From the IMG/VR virus record IMGVR_UViG_3300023174_005338, positions 1 to 64,000 of that record: 64,000 nt of DNA. One strand, 5' to 3'. Position 1 is the first letter of the stretch. The number at the start of each line of letters is the position of its first letter. Shown here piece after piece: positions 10,137-19,655 of this stretch. Under the pieces are notes generated by a model. The model was not told the origin of the DNA, searched no databases, and saw only the letters and a program-made list of their open reading frames with translations. A program made the position numbers and the translations under genes.

Positions 10137-10908
10137 AGCTACCAAACGAGCACACAAATTGGCACACCAGCAGACCACAGTCGTTGAGCCAATGATCACA
10201 GGACCCATAGATTGTGCTTGCGTGATTCACGGCAATGCCTATGACTGGAGCTATGTTGAACGCCTGTACAACATGCTGAGTCGCCACATTACCGCGGGCA
10301 TACGATTACATGTTTATACCGAAGCAGAAAGAACAGTACCTGCACCCATGATCAAGCACGAGCTGATACCGTGGCAACTGAAACGTGCCAATCGCGGATG
10401 GTGGTACAAGATGCAGCTGTTCAATACCCAACATCATTCAGGGCCCTTGCTGTATTTTGATCTGGACACTGTCATAGTCAGTAACATAGATTGGATTTGG
10501 CATCAGTCGCCCACACATTTCTGGACCGTGAGAGACTTCAAGTACTTGTGGCGTGCCAATCATGTGGGCATAAATTCCAGTGTCATGTGGTGGAATACCA
10601 AAAATTATCAGTATGTTTGGGACAGTTTTTGTGCGCAGGATCTGGACAACATGGTTCGACGCCATCACGGAGATCAGGACTTTTTGACTGCCACGATACC
10701 TCACAACCAGTGTAGATATCTGGATGTTAACCGAGTGCAAAGCTGGCGCTGGCAGTGCGTAGACGGCGGCTACGATTTTCGCCGCAAGCGTCACAGATCT
10801 ACAGGCACCGGCACACAGATCTTAAACAATGCCAGCATACTGGTATTTCACGGAAATCCAAAACCACATCAGGTCACAGATCAATTGATTTGCGAGCACT
10901 GGCAATAA
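10129..10908 (+). CDS. GT-A fold glycosyltransferase
   Basis: YVERLYNM, WWYKMQLF, YFDLD, NSSVMWW, GDQDF, FHGNPKP. Confidence 0.8.
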   Translation: MDKATKRAHKLAHQQTTVVEPMITGPIDCACVIHGNAYDWSYVERLYNMLSRHITAGIRLHVYTEAERTVPAPMIKHELIPWQLKRANRGWWYKMQLFNTQHHSGPLLYFDLDTVIVSNIDWIWHQSPTHFWTVRDFKYLWRANHVGINSSVMWWNTKNYQYVWDSFCAQDLDNMVRRHHGDQDFLTATIPHNQCRYLDVNRVQSWRWQCVDGGYDFRRKRHRSTGTGTQILNNASILVFHGNPKPHQVTDQLICEHWQ

Positions 10909-10931
10909 CCCTACTAAAAGTAGGGTTTTTT
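10907..10931 (+). terminator. Rho-independent terminator
   Basis: AACCCTACT-AAA-AGTAGGGTT stem followed by a T-run, at the end of the glycosylation island. Confidence 0.75.
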
Positions 10932-10936
10932 ATGGC

Positions 10937-10965
10937 TTGACCTCAAATTGCTCAGGTGCTATAAT
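10937..10965 (+). promoter_or_regulatory. Sigma70-type early promoter
   Basis: TTGACC-17-TATAAT with TGn extended -10. Confidence 0.75.
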
Positions 10966-11013
10966 AGTAACATAATGTAGTTTTTACGCAACACTTTTTG
11001 AGAAAGGCAAAGT

Positions 11014-11238
11014 ATGAATCAACATTTAAGAGCAACAGCAATGACCGCAGGCATGATGGCCATTGTGTTGGCAACCACAGCATTTTTCCATTTTTTAAGC
11101 ACAGTCGTTACCGCCGACATGGTTCCTACGATCGTGATTGGGTTGGGTATCACGTCTTGCGTTTTTCTTATATACACCGTTTTCCTGGCCCAAATACGCT
11201 ACGAAGACTCACTGAAAAGCATGGTTGACAAGAAATAA
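11014..11238 (+). CDS. Small two-TM membrane protein
   Basis: 74 aa with two hydrophobic segments; AAGG SD; follows promoter. Confidence 0.65.
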   Translation: MNQHLRATAMTAGMMAIVLATTAFFHFLSTVVTADMVPTIVIGLGITSCVFLIYTVFLAQIRYEDSLKSMVDKK

Positions 11239-11253
11239 CCAATTTAGTATAAT
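11225..11253 (+). promoter_or_regulatory. Consensus sigma70 promoter
   Basis: TTGACA-17-TATAAT. Confidence 0.8.
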
Positions 11254-11288
11254 AGTATTATTAAAACAATCAAGAAGGAGCTAGAAGT

Positions 11289-12308
11289 ATGTCAACTATT
11301 CTCGTTAAAAACGGATCATATCGCAATCAACCCGTGAACGGCATGATCTTTAATCTTGTCAAGGGTTTTCAAACTGGTGCCAAGGGAGGCTATGTGACAG
11401 TTCAAGCAGATGGCTATTTTGGCCCAGATGTTCCAGATGTGGTTCGAGTCAAAGTCGACAGCATTGAAGATGTAGAGTTTACCACTGAGTCAGTGACTGC
11501 TGATCGCCCGGTAGTGGTTCAGGCCCCAGAGGAGACTGATGATCAAGTCATGGATCGTATTGAACAACGATTTGACATCCTGGATCAAATGACCAAGGCC
11601 ACCATAGCCGGTGATGTTCGTGCCATGATCGTGGTTGGTCCTCCTGGAGTAGGCAAGAGCTATGGTGTGGAAAAACAACTGGAGAAGTCAGGTCTGTTTG
11701 ACAAGCTCAGTGGTCGCAAGATCAAGTATGAAGTGATCAAAGGTGCCATGACTCCCATCGGTCTCTACTGTACCTTGTACAAACATTCAGATCCCAACAA
11801 CGTGTTGGTGTTTGACGACTGTGACAGCGTGTTCCAAGATGACTTGAGTTTGAACATTCTCAAGGCCGCCCTGGATTCGGGCAAGAAGCGTAGGATCTAC
11901 TGGAACTCAGACTCGGCCATGTTGCGCAGAGAAGGTGTGCCTGACTGCTTTGACTTCAAAGGTGCCTGTATCTTCATCACTAATTTGCAGTTCAGCAATC
12001 TCAAAAGCAAGAAATTGCAAGACCATTTAGAGGCCTTACAAAGTCGTTGCCACTTCTTGGACCTGACTCTCAATACCATGCGTGATCGTTTCTTGCGTAT
12101 CAAGCAGATCTTCCGCCAAGGACAACTGTTCAATGACTATGATTTCAGCCCAGAACAAGGTGACGAGATCCTAAACTTCATGGATGCCAACAAGGACCGA
12201 CTCCGTGAAATGAGCCTGCGTATGGCCTTGAAGATTGCGGACTTGACCAAGGTCAGCGCCGACAACTGGAAGGCCTTGGCCGCAAGCACTTGCATGAAAA
12301 ACTCCTAA
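11289..12308 (+). CDS. Phage P-loop ATPase (AAA-like)
   Basis: Walker A GPPGVGKS, Walker B VFDDCD, IFITN, ALQSRC. Confidence 0.85.
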   Translation: MSTILVKNGSYRNQPVNGMIFNLVKGFQTGAKGGYVTVQADGYFGPDVPDVVRVKVDSIEDVEFTTESVTADRPVVVQAPEETDDQVMDRIEQRFDILDQMTKATIAGDVRAMIVVGPPGVGKSYGVEKQLEKSGLFDKLSGRKIKYEVIKGAMTPIGLYCTLYKHSDPNNVLVFDDCDSVFQDDLSLNILKAALDSGKKRRIYWNSDSAMLRREGVPDCFDFKGACIFITNLQFSNLKSKKLQDHLEALQSRCHFLDLTLNTMRDRFLRIKQIFRQGQLFNDYDFSPEQGDEILNFMDANKDRLREMSLRMALKIADLTKVSADNWKALAASTCMKNS

Positions 12309-12347
12309 TCGGTAGCTCCTGGGCAGTGGCAACACTGCCCATTTCAC

Positions 12348-12374
12348 AACAGGCACTTTGGTGCCTGTTTTTTT
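12348..12374 (+). terminator. Rho-independent terminator, preceded by a GCAA-tetraloop hairpin (12320-12341)
   Basis: AACAGGCAC-TTTG-GTGCCTGTT plus T-run. Confidence 0.8.
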
Positions 12375-12406
12375 GATCTTGAACAGTAAATATGTTACAC
12401 TAGCAC

Positions 12407-13273
12407 ATGATCTTGACCATTGATCTCAGAGATTTGTCACTAAAATTTCGGGTATTGAAAACGCCCATAGCCCAATTATGGATTGAACGCATGAATCAGA
12501 GACATTCGTGGCCCATGGATGATCCCAAAAGATTTTACGGATTTAATACCCAAGAACAAGATGAACGAATTGCCTTGGCAAAGATACAGGAATGCATACA
12601 AGGAATTAATGCCTGGCAGCCGTTGATTACTAGATCGTTGTCTACAGTTTACGATCAAGATACATTAAACTATCTACACAACGTTTTTGAACAGTGGCAC
12701 GGTTTGTTAGATCAACATCCGATGCATCCAGAATATGGTCTTATACCTTCGGAAGTAAGACAACATTTGGCCAATTTAAATGTTGATGTTCACAGGTGCG
12801 AAAGTGCAGCACGTGGCAATCGCGCTAGATTTGTTTGCACTTGGTTTGGCATGCCCAAGACCAAAACGTTGCCGGTAGAAGTCATGCACAAATATGGAAC
12901 CTTAAATCCCAAGTTTGGTAGCGTGTGTTTGAACTATGCTGAGGTCGGCAAAACTCTGGAGGACCTCACACAAGATCGTGATAACTACATCAGTAACGAT
13001 GCGTTTTTACCGTTCAACCACTATTCAGCAGACTTCAATGTTCGCATGCACGAGGAAACTGCGGATTGTGTTGCTGACAAATTGGTCAGGATGCAGGCAT
13101 ACTACAACAAACACAGAGAGTTTTTCTTTGATCAAGGCTTTACCACATTCCAGGATCCTAGACTGTTGCCTTTGCGTTTTCCAGTGGCCGAACTCGTTGA
13201 AACTCAACCTAGAGATCAGTTAATAGAAACGATTAAGCAACATCAATACATCACACAAGTTACCCTACAATGA
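12407..13273 (+). CDS. Hypothetical protein, paralog of 1013..1834
   Basis: LNYLHNVFE, LNVDVHRCE, LNYAEVGKTLEDL, HYS. Confidence 0.7.
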   Translation: MILTIDLRDLSLKFRVLKTPIAQLWIERMNQRHSWPMDDPKRFYGFNTQEQDERIALAKIQECIQGINAWQPLITRSLSTVYDQDTLNYLHNVFEQWHGLLDQHPMHPEYGLIPSEVRQHLANLNVDVHRCESAARGNRARFVCTWFGMPKTKTLPVEVMHKYGTLNPKFGSVCLNYAEVGKTLEDLTQDRDNYISNDAFLPFNHYSADFNVRMHEETADCVADKLVRMQAYYNKHREFFFDQGFTTFQDPRLLPLRFPVAELVETQPRDQLIETIKQHQYITQVTLQ

Positions 13274-14730
13274 GAACAGCCACAATCGTAATCCGAGACG
13301 AAGTAAACATCAAGATCGAAGGACTTGAACTTGATGCTCGCCGTAGTTTAGTAAATGCTTTCAAATATGATGTTCCTGGTGCTAGATACTTACCTGCGGT
13401 CAGACTAGGACGTTGGGACGGCAAAGTCAGCTATTTCCAATTAGGTGGTAGCACCTATGTAAACTTGTTACCTGAGATTATTCCTATCCTGGAAAAGTTT
13501 AACTATGACGTTGAGCTAGATGATCAACGTGATTACTCTACCACGTTTACTTTTGAACAAGTAACCGAACAAACGTTCAGTCATATTGAGTGGGGCAAAG
13601 GGCATCCCCTAGAAGGTCAGCCAATGGAACTGCGTGATTACCAAGTTGACATCATCAACAATTTTCTTGAGAACCCACAGTGTATCCAGGAGATTGCCAC
13701 AGGTGCCGGCAAGACAGTTATTACAGCCGCATTATCAAATGCCGTGGCCCCCTATGGTCGAACCATTGTTATTGTTCCTAACAAAAGTCTTGTAACGCAG
13801 ACAGAAAAAGATTACATCAACATGCAACAGGATGTGGGGGTTTACTTTGGTGATAGAAAGGAGTGGGGTCGTCAACATACTATTTGCACTTGGCAAAGTT
13901 TGAATGTGCTGTTAAAGAATACAAAAAATAGTGTAGGCGATGTTACTATTGGTGAGTTCCTTGAGGATGTGGTGTGTGTGATTGTGGACGAAGTACACAT
14001 GGCCAAGGCCGACGCACTCAAGAGCCTGCTCACAGGTGTAATGAGTCGCATACCTTTGCGTTGGGGACTCACAGGAACCATACCTAAAGAACTCTTTGAG
14101 TCGCAGGCATTGAAGTGTAGTCTTGGTCCGGTAATAGGTCGACTCAGCGCCAGTGAACTACAAAGCCAAGGTGTGCTGGCACAATGTCATGTAAACATTG
14201 TTCAACTGGTTGATCATGCAGAGTTTACCAACTATCAAAGCGAACTAAAGTTCTTGCTAGAAGAACCAGATAGGTTAGATACTATTGCCAACTTGATCCG
14301 GCAGGTCAATGAGACCGGTAACACACTGGTCCTGGTTGATCGAATTGCAGCCGGACAGGGCATTATAGAACGCCTGGGTGACAATGCAGTCATGGTAAGT
14401 GGCGCAACCAAAGCCAAGGACAGACAAGATGAATATGATGAAGTGGCTGATGCAACAGGCAAGATCATCGTGGCCACGTATGGCGTGGCTGCGGTGGGTA
14501 TCAATATACCTAGGATTTTCAATCTGGTTCTTGTGGAACCTGGCAAGAGTTTTGTGCGAGTGATACAAAGCATAGGACGTGGTATTCGCAAGGCCGAAGA
14601 CAAAGACCATGTGCAGATTTGGGACGTTACATCAACCTGTAGATTTGCCAAACGGCACTTGACCAAACGCAAACAGTTCTACCGAGAAGCCAACTATCCT
14701 TTCACACAAGAGAAACTAGAATGGAAATAA
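13270..14730 (+). CDS. uvsW: UvsW superfamily 2 DNA helicase
   Basis: WDGK, LRDYQ, ATGAGKT, DEVH, GLTGT, QSIGRGIR. Confidence 0.93.
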   Translation: MRTATIVIRDEVNIKIEGLELDARRSLVNAFKYDVPGARYLPAVRLGRWDGKVSYFQLGGSTYVNLLPEIIPILEKFNYDVELDDQRDYSTTFTFEQVTEQTFSHIEWGKGHPLEGQPMELRDYQVDIINNFLENPQCIQEIATGAGKTVITAALSNAVAPYGRTIVIVPNKSLVTQTEKDYINMQQDVGVYFGDRKEWGRQHTICTWQSLNVLLKNTKNSVGDVTIGEFLEDVVCVIVDEVHMAKADALKSLLTGVMSRIPLRWGLTGTIPKELFESQALKCSLGPVIGRLSASELQSQGVLAQCHVNIVQLVDHAEFTNYQSELKFLLEEPDRLDTIANLIRQVNETGNTLVLVDRIAAGQGIIERLGDNAVMVSGATKAKDRQDEYDEVADATGKIIVATYGVAAVGINIPRIFNLVLVEPGKSFVRVIQSIGRGIRKAEDKDHVQIWDVTSTCRFAKRHLTKRKQFYREANYPFTQEKLEWK

Positions 14731-14733
14731 AGG

Positions 14734-14761
14734 TTGCACTTGTGACAAAATATGTTATAAT
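14734..14761 (+). promoter_or_regulatory. Sigma70-type promoter
   Basis: TTGCAC-16-TATAAT with TGn. Confidence 0.55.
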
Positions 14762-14767
14762 CAATTT

Positions 14768-15268
14768 ATGAGAATACTAACACTGGACAACGAGCCATTT
14801 GAACTAGATCATCTTCCAGAGGAAGTTGATGACATGCGTTTTGCTATATTTGACAACAGCGATCCCAAAGATCCTGACTATCATTACATACCCTTGATCT
14901 TCCTAGAAAGCTTCACTGCGCCAGCCTTGGTGTTGCGTATAGGAGACCATAGGATCAAAATGCCAGTGGATTGGCAGATCCTGATCGGAGAACCTGACTT
15001 GGGCGACCTGGAAGTGTTGCCACTCACCAGCATAAACGATCGTGGATTCAAAGCCTTTCAGTTCAATCCACTCACGAGTTTTAGGCCCAGTTTCCTGGAT
15101 GTGGAAATCATCGATGTGTACCAAGAGGTCACCTGGTATTCTCCTAAACTAAAAAATGGCCAGATGCTGTGCGTGCCTGTAAGCGAAGGTGAGAAACCAG
15201 ACTGTGTGTACTTTGTCAAAGACATCAGTCGCAATTGTGAAGTGGTAAACTATAATCTGGCCTGGTAA
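14768..15268 (+). CDS. Conserved phage hypothetical protein
   Basis: 166-aa ORF with own promoter, coupled to next gene. Confidence 0.7.
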   Translation: MRILTLDNEPFELDHLPEEVDDMRFAIFDNSDPKDPDYHYIPLIFLESFTAPALVLRIGDHRIKMPVDWQILIGEPDLGDLEVLPLTSINDRGFKAFQFNPLTSFRPSFLDVEIIDVYQEVTWYSPKLKNGQMLCVPVSEGEKPDCVYFVKDISRNCEVVNYNLAW

Positions 15269-15714
15269 TGGACAAACTCAGTATACAAAATGAGATGACA
15301 CAGTTTGATAGAAAGAATCGAAAATTCTATGACGAACTCACCGACGAAGAACGTAAAAAGTTTAGTAACTATCTCATGATCCGCTGGGGCAGTGCTGTGC
15401 AAGGTTCGCAAGAACTGCAGGAGTTTTATTTGATTGCTACCAACGAAAGATTGAACAAACATTTCTTTGCTATCAATCGACATCCCCGATTGCAATGGTT
15501 ATCGGCTACCACAGTGAGTCCTGGTATGGGCTCACATAGACATCAGTGGATAGCTCCTAAGAAACGAGAAGCAGGAGCCACGGGTATTCGTAAACAGTTA
15601 TCAGAACTATACCCACATCTCAAGGATGATGAACTAGAGTTGATGGCCAAAATTACCACAAAGAAAGACATCGATGCTTATTTAAAAGCCGGTGGGCAAG
15701 AGGTCAAAAAATGA
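15268..15714 (+). CDS. Possible clamp-loader small subunit (gp62-like)
   Basis: Size, replication context, YLMIRWGS...N..LN...LQWL...QWI pattern. Confidence 0.45.
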   Translation: MDKLSIQNEMTQFDRKNRKFYDELTDEERKKFSNYLMIRWGSAVQGSQELQEFYLIATNERLNKHFFAINRHPRLQWLSATTVSPGMGSHRHQWIAPKKREAGATGIRKQLSELYPHLKDDELELMAKITTKKDIDAYLKAGGQEVKK

Positions 15715-16799
15715 TTAAGATTAATGCAACCCCAGACACATACGTTGCCAATTATATAATTTCACATCAACAATTACGAGACAATATACGACTTTATGAA
15801 ACTGGTGAAAATATTATCGATTTGCAGATTGGGCCCGGAGATATAGATTTTCATGATTCTGTTACTGGTGGTCCTCAGAACGATCTGTTACACCAGTGTG
15901 ATCAAGATATTGTTGCAGTATGGATTGAGGGTTTGCATTCGATCCTCGACGATATATCTATTTTTCCAAAAAATAAAAAATATATTTTTTTCTGCCCCTA
16001 TAGTTGGGATTGTGCCCTGTATCAGTTTCCATTCGAATATACAGTTGTAGAATGTAATTTTCACTGCTGGGATCGATTATTTTCGTATTTTAACCTTTAT
16101 AATTTCAATTTTTTTACTCCATTGCAGTATGAATTTGAGTCACCAAAACCCTATAAATTTTATGCACCTATAGGGGCGCGCCGTCCTGTAAGAAACATAT
16201 TTGTACAACATCTACTAGATAATATTGAGTTTGATGATTTTGTGCTTTCTTATCAAGGGCATAACCTAGGAAAAACTGATTATTATCGATTGGCAGTCGA
16301 AGACAGCAAAACCAACGGTCATTATGATTGTTTGAGCCCGTTTGCTGATTACGAAAAATACTATGTTGGGCTGGCCGAGCTGGTTCCAATAAAGACCATG
16401 AGTCAGGCTCGATTAACTTTGGTAGTAGAAACACAAATAAATTATTTAGGTAGTTTTTTTTACACTGAAAAAACAATGAAATGTATAGTGACCGGAACAC
16501 CTTTTGTGTGTTATGCAAACCAATATCATTTAAAAAATCTCAGAGAAAAAGTAGGGTTCCAAACCTATTCTTCACTGTGGGATGAATCATATGACAATAT
16601 CCAAGACCCCTACGAAAGATCTGTAGCCATAGTAAAGCTATTAAATCAACTACAAAATTTTGATTGGGAATCAGCCCGGCCGGAACTGTTGCGCATAGCT
16701 CAACATAACATGTACAATATATTTCAATTCCGAAACAAAGAACGGTCAATATTCATACAAAATTCAAACAATTTAAAAAAGTTTTTAGGTCGTGAGTGA
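15711..16799 (+). CDS. GT-B/GT10-like glycosyltransferase-like protein, paralog of 61405..62694
   Basis: LVVET..FYTEK...PF...GFQTY..WDESYD.I.D; AT-rich. Confidence 0.55.
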   Translation: MIKINATPDTYVANYIISHQQLRDNIRLYETGENIIDLQIGPGDIDFHDSVTGGPQNDLLHQCDQDIVAVWIEGLHSILDDISIFPKNKKYIFFCPYSWDCALYQFPFEYTVVECNFHCWDRLFSYFNLYNFNFFTPLQYEFESPKPYKFYAPIGARRPVRNIFVQHLLDNIEFDDFVLSYQGHNLGKTDYYRLAVEDSKTNGHYDCLSPFADYEKYYVGLAELVPIKTMSQARLTLVVETQINYLGSFFYTEKTMKCIVTGTPFVCYANQYHLKNLREKVGFQTYSSLWDESYDNIQDPYERSVAIVKLLNQLQNFDWESARPELLRIAQHNMYNIFQFRNKERSIFIQNSNNLKKFLGRE

Positions 16800-17475
16800 T
16801 TCCAAATATATCTGCCAGTATTGCAAGAAAGACTTTATCAAGGAGTCCAGTCTTGCGGTGCATTCATGCGAACCGCGTCGTCGTCGCATGGAAAAAGACG
16901 AAGCAGGTGTACGTTTAGGATTCCACGCATACCTAAGGTTTTATGAATTGACACAAGGTTCGGCAAAGTTAAAAACATTTGAAGACTTTGCCGATAGTCC
17001 GTACTACAAGGCCTTTGTAAAGTTTGGTAGGTACTGTGTGGACATCCGGGCTATAAATCCAGCACGGTTTGTTGAGTGGGTGTTGAAACAAAACAAGAAG
17101 ATTGATCACTGGGCCAAAGACACAGTGTATACAGAATATCTCATTGACTATCTGCGTGTGGAAAATGTCAACGATGCTCTGGCTCGGGCCATGGAGTTTG
17201 GCATAGACTGGTCAGAACAAAGTCAGCACCCAGCCGAAGATTGTCTGCGCTATGGCAACACCAATGCCATGGTCTATGCTGTAACTGCTGGCCGTGTCAG
17301 TCCTTGGATAGTGTATAACTGTGAATCAGGTCAGAAGTTTTTGAGTGAACTTGATGCTACACAAGTAGCCATGGTGTGGCCCTACATTGATAGTGAAGTG
17401 TGGATGAAAAAATTCTCAGACTATGTGGCTGATCAGGAATACGTCAAAGAGATGCTACAGAAAGCAGGTTGGTAA
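16792..17475 (+). CDS. Hypothetical protein with N-terminal zinc finger
   Basis: CQYC-x12-HSC. Confidence 0.7.
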   Translation: MSDSKYICQYCKKDFIKESSLAVHSCEPRRRRMEKDEAGVRLGFHAYLRFYELTQGSAKLKTFEDFADSPYYKAFVKFGRYCVDIRAINPARFVEWVLKQNKKIDHWAKDTVYTEYLIDYLRVENVNDALARAMEFGIDWSEQSQHPAEDCLRYGNTNAMVYAVTAGRVSPWIVYNCESGQKFLSELDATQVAMVWPYIDSEVWMKKFSDYVADQEYVKEMLQKAGW

Positions 17476-18053
17476 TGAGCGCAGACATTGATATTGACCT
17501 AGCCCATAGAGAACAATTATTAAAATTGATCCAAGCAACGCCAGCACGACAACTGTATCAAGGACAAGTGCGTAGACACAACAGCGGAGTATATCCAACT
17601 GACATGCCGTATGATCCTGTCAATGCCTGCGCGGCCATTGACTATGAAACCGCTGAACAGTTGGGATACTTCAAGATAGATCTACTCAACATGACAGTGT
17701 ATCAACTGATACAGGATCAAGCACATTATGATCGCATGCTGGTTGCTGATCCGCCATGGTCCAAATTGTGGACCGACAGTGAATGGGCCCAGCAACTAGT
17801 GCATGTGGGAAACTATACAGAATTGTTGAAAACCATGCGTCCTGACAGCATACCCAGGATGGCAGCATTTATCAGTATTATTCGTCCAGGCAAAACACAC
17901 TTGCAAAACCAACCCTGGGACCGGGTTTTTGCTTCAGTATGGGATGGCGACGACAGCCGCGGTTTTGTGTTCAAACAAAGCCATGCTGTCAGTTACGCAG
18001 CCTTGGTGGCCCTGCACATGAATCTACTCAACTCGTCGTACCAGAGTAATTGA
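17475..18053 (+). CDS. Miniature DnaE (Pol III alpha, family C)-like protein
   Basis: DIDID, HNSGV, GYFKIDLL, IIRPG, FKQSHAVSY match DnaE palm/finger motifs in only ~192 aa. Confidence 0.75.
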   Translation: MSADIDIDLAHREQLLKLIQATPARQLYQGQVRRHNSGVYPTDMPYDPVNACAAIDYETAEQLGYFKIDLLNMTVYQLIQDQAHYDRMLVADPPWSKLWTDSEWAQQLVHVGNYTELLKTMRPDSIPRMAAFISIIRPGKTHLQNQPWDRVFASVWDGDDSRGFVFKQSHAVSYAALVALHMNLLNSSYQSN

Positions 18054-18401
18054 TTTTCTCTTGCTTTTTTTGCGGCTTATTTCGCTGAGACTGCATATGG
18101 GCCCGTGTAGTATTTCCAGATCCTTGTTGGTAAAGGTGCGCAGATAAGGACGAAAAATGTCCCACTCGCCTTTTAAGAATATGTTGATAGGCACAGTTCT
18201 GTTGCTTTCCCACCACCACACATTGGCCAGTTCAAGGAATCTGCGTTTGATTTCTATGTCTTGGATCGCTCCAAAATCATAGATCGTGGTTATGGCATCG
18301 TCTTGATTTTGAATGATACCCACATATTCCGTGGTAGCATACACACACAAGGTGATAAACGGATATTTCTCCGCTAGTTGGGCAAAAAAGTCTGTGCTCA
18401 T
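18024..18401 (-). CDS. Conserved phage hypothetical protein
   Basis: 125-aa ORF; TAAATA on minus strand 10 nt upstream. Confidence 0.7.
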   Translation of the reverse strand: MSTDFFAQLAEKYPFITLCVYATTEYVGIIQNQDDAITTIYDFGAIQDIEIKRRFLELANVWWWESNRTVPINIFLKGEWDIFRPYLRTFTNKDLEILHGPICSLSEISRKKSKRKSITLVRRVE

Positions 18402-18462
18402 AAGTCTAGGATATTTACCAAACCCTTTTTGTACCCTGTGCAGATCACGCTAAATACTCTGT

Positions 18463-19608
18463 ATGTATTCAACCCAAGTCTATATCTATCAGCAGATCAC
18501 CAGAGTCCTGCTCATGGACACAGGTGCGGGCGAAACTTTTATCTATAGGTATGATCCTGTGTACGCAAAACAACTGACAATTAACAAAGGTGTAGACAAT
18601 GTGCTGTTGTTTGAATTTATCAATCAACAAGAAAAGCCTGTAAACATCACGGGTAGCACGTTCCTGTTCCGGGTGATCAGCACCGCCGGCGACGAATTAT
18701 TGCTGGAAAAACCCATGGTCACGTTGAATGCGGCCACCGGGCGTGCCAAGGTCACTTTGACCAGTGCTGAACTGCTGGAGGTCCTAGCACAGCCGGCCAA
18801 CTACAGCATACAACGCAGCAGTGGCAATCTGGTAGAAGCAGTGTTTACCAATGCACAGGCCGGCGCCCGTGCTCCTGCGAATATCGTAGACAGCATACTG
18901 CCACAGTATGTTCCAAGTGCACCACTCACAATACCCACTATCAAGCTCAGTGCTCAGGGCAGCCCAGATGGTATTGGGTGGACTCAATGGCCCAGCAATC
19001 CATATTATTCTGGAAATCCCAATGGTGGAAATTATTACAACAGTTTTTTAAACACTGAATATTTTAGTAGTTTTATTGAACCCACAAAAGGCATTACCAC
19101 AGTGCAGATGACCTTGGTAGGGTACACCGGCACAATCAAGGCACAGGCCGCAGAAAACTATCAAAGCATATTTTACAATGTCACAGAGAGTACTACCTAC
19201 TACGACGAAACCAGAACCATATACATGAACATTGTAGGATGGCATCCTATAATTAGATTGTGTTTCAACAACAGCATTTTTGCTGTGCCAGATCAACCTG
19301 GCACTCCGGCCATAGCCACAGCCATTACAGAAAACGGTGTGGTCACTGCCATCAACGTGGTCAACGGTGGAAATGGTTATCTGGCACCACCCAAGATCAA
19401 CATCATAGGCAGCGGTTCTGGAGCCACAGCCGAAGCCACCATCTCGGGTGGTGTGGTCACAGGTATCACAGTGACCAATGGCGGCAGTGGTTATTGGTAT
19501 CTACCCAATGCAGGTTCGACCAGCGTGGTCAGTCCTGCTCCTCCGTCGACATCCAGTGCTGCTGTGGTAATCAGCACCGGTTATGTGGTTGATCTATTGT
19601 ATAGATAA
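18463..19608 (+). CDS. Putative virion structural (baseplate/tail) protein
   Basis: Late TAAATA motif 6 nt upstream; repeated V.NGG.GY and ATA.A.I..GVVT.I motifs. Confidence 0.6.
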   Translation: MYSTQVYIYQQITRVLLMDTGAGETFIYRYDPVYAKQLTINKGVDNVLLFEFINQQEKPVNITGSTFLFRVISTAGDELLLEKPMVTLNAATGRAKVTLTSAELLEVLAQPANYSIQRSSGNLVEAVFTNAQAGARAPANIVDSILPQYVPSAPLTIPTIKLSAQGSPDGIGWTQWPSNPYYSGNPNGGNYYNSFLNTEYFSSFIEPTKGITTVQMTLVGYTGTIKAQAAENYQSIFYNVTESTTYYDETRTIYMNIVGWHPIIRLCFNNSIFAVPDQPGTPAIATAITENGVVTAINVVNGGNGYLAPPKINIIGSGSGATAEATISGGVVTGITVTNGGSGYWYLPNAGSTSVVSPAPPSTSSAAVVISTGYVVDLLYR

Positions 19609-19620
19609 TACCAAACACTG

Positions 19621-19649
19621 TTGAATTTTACCAAAAATCATGTTAAAAT
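19621..19649 (+). promoter_or_regulatory. Sigma70-type promoter
   Basis: TTGAAT-17-TAAAAT with TGn. Confidence 0.5.
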
Positions 19650-19655
19650 AACAAC

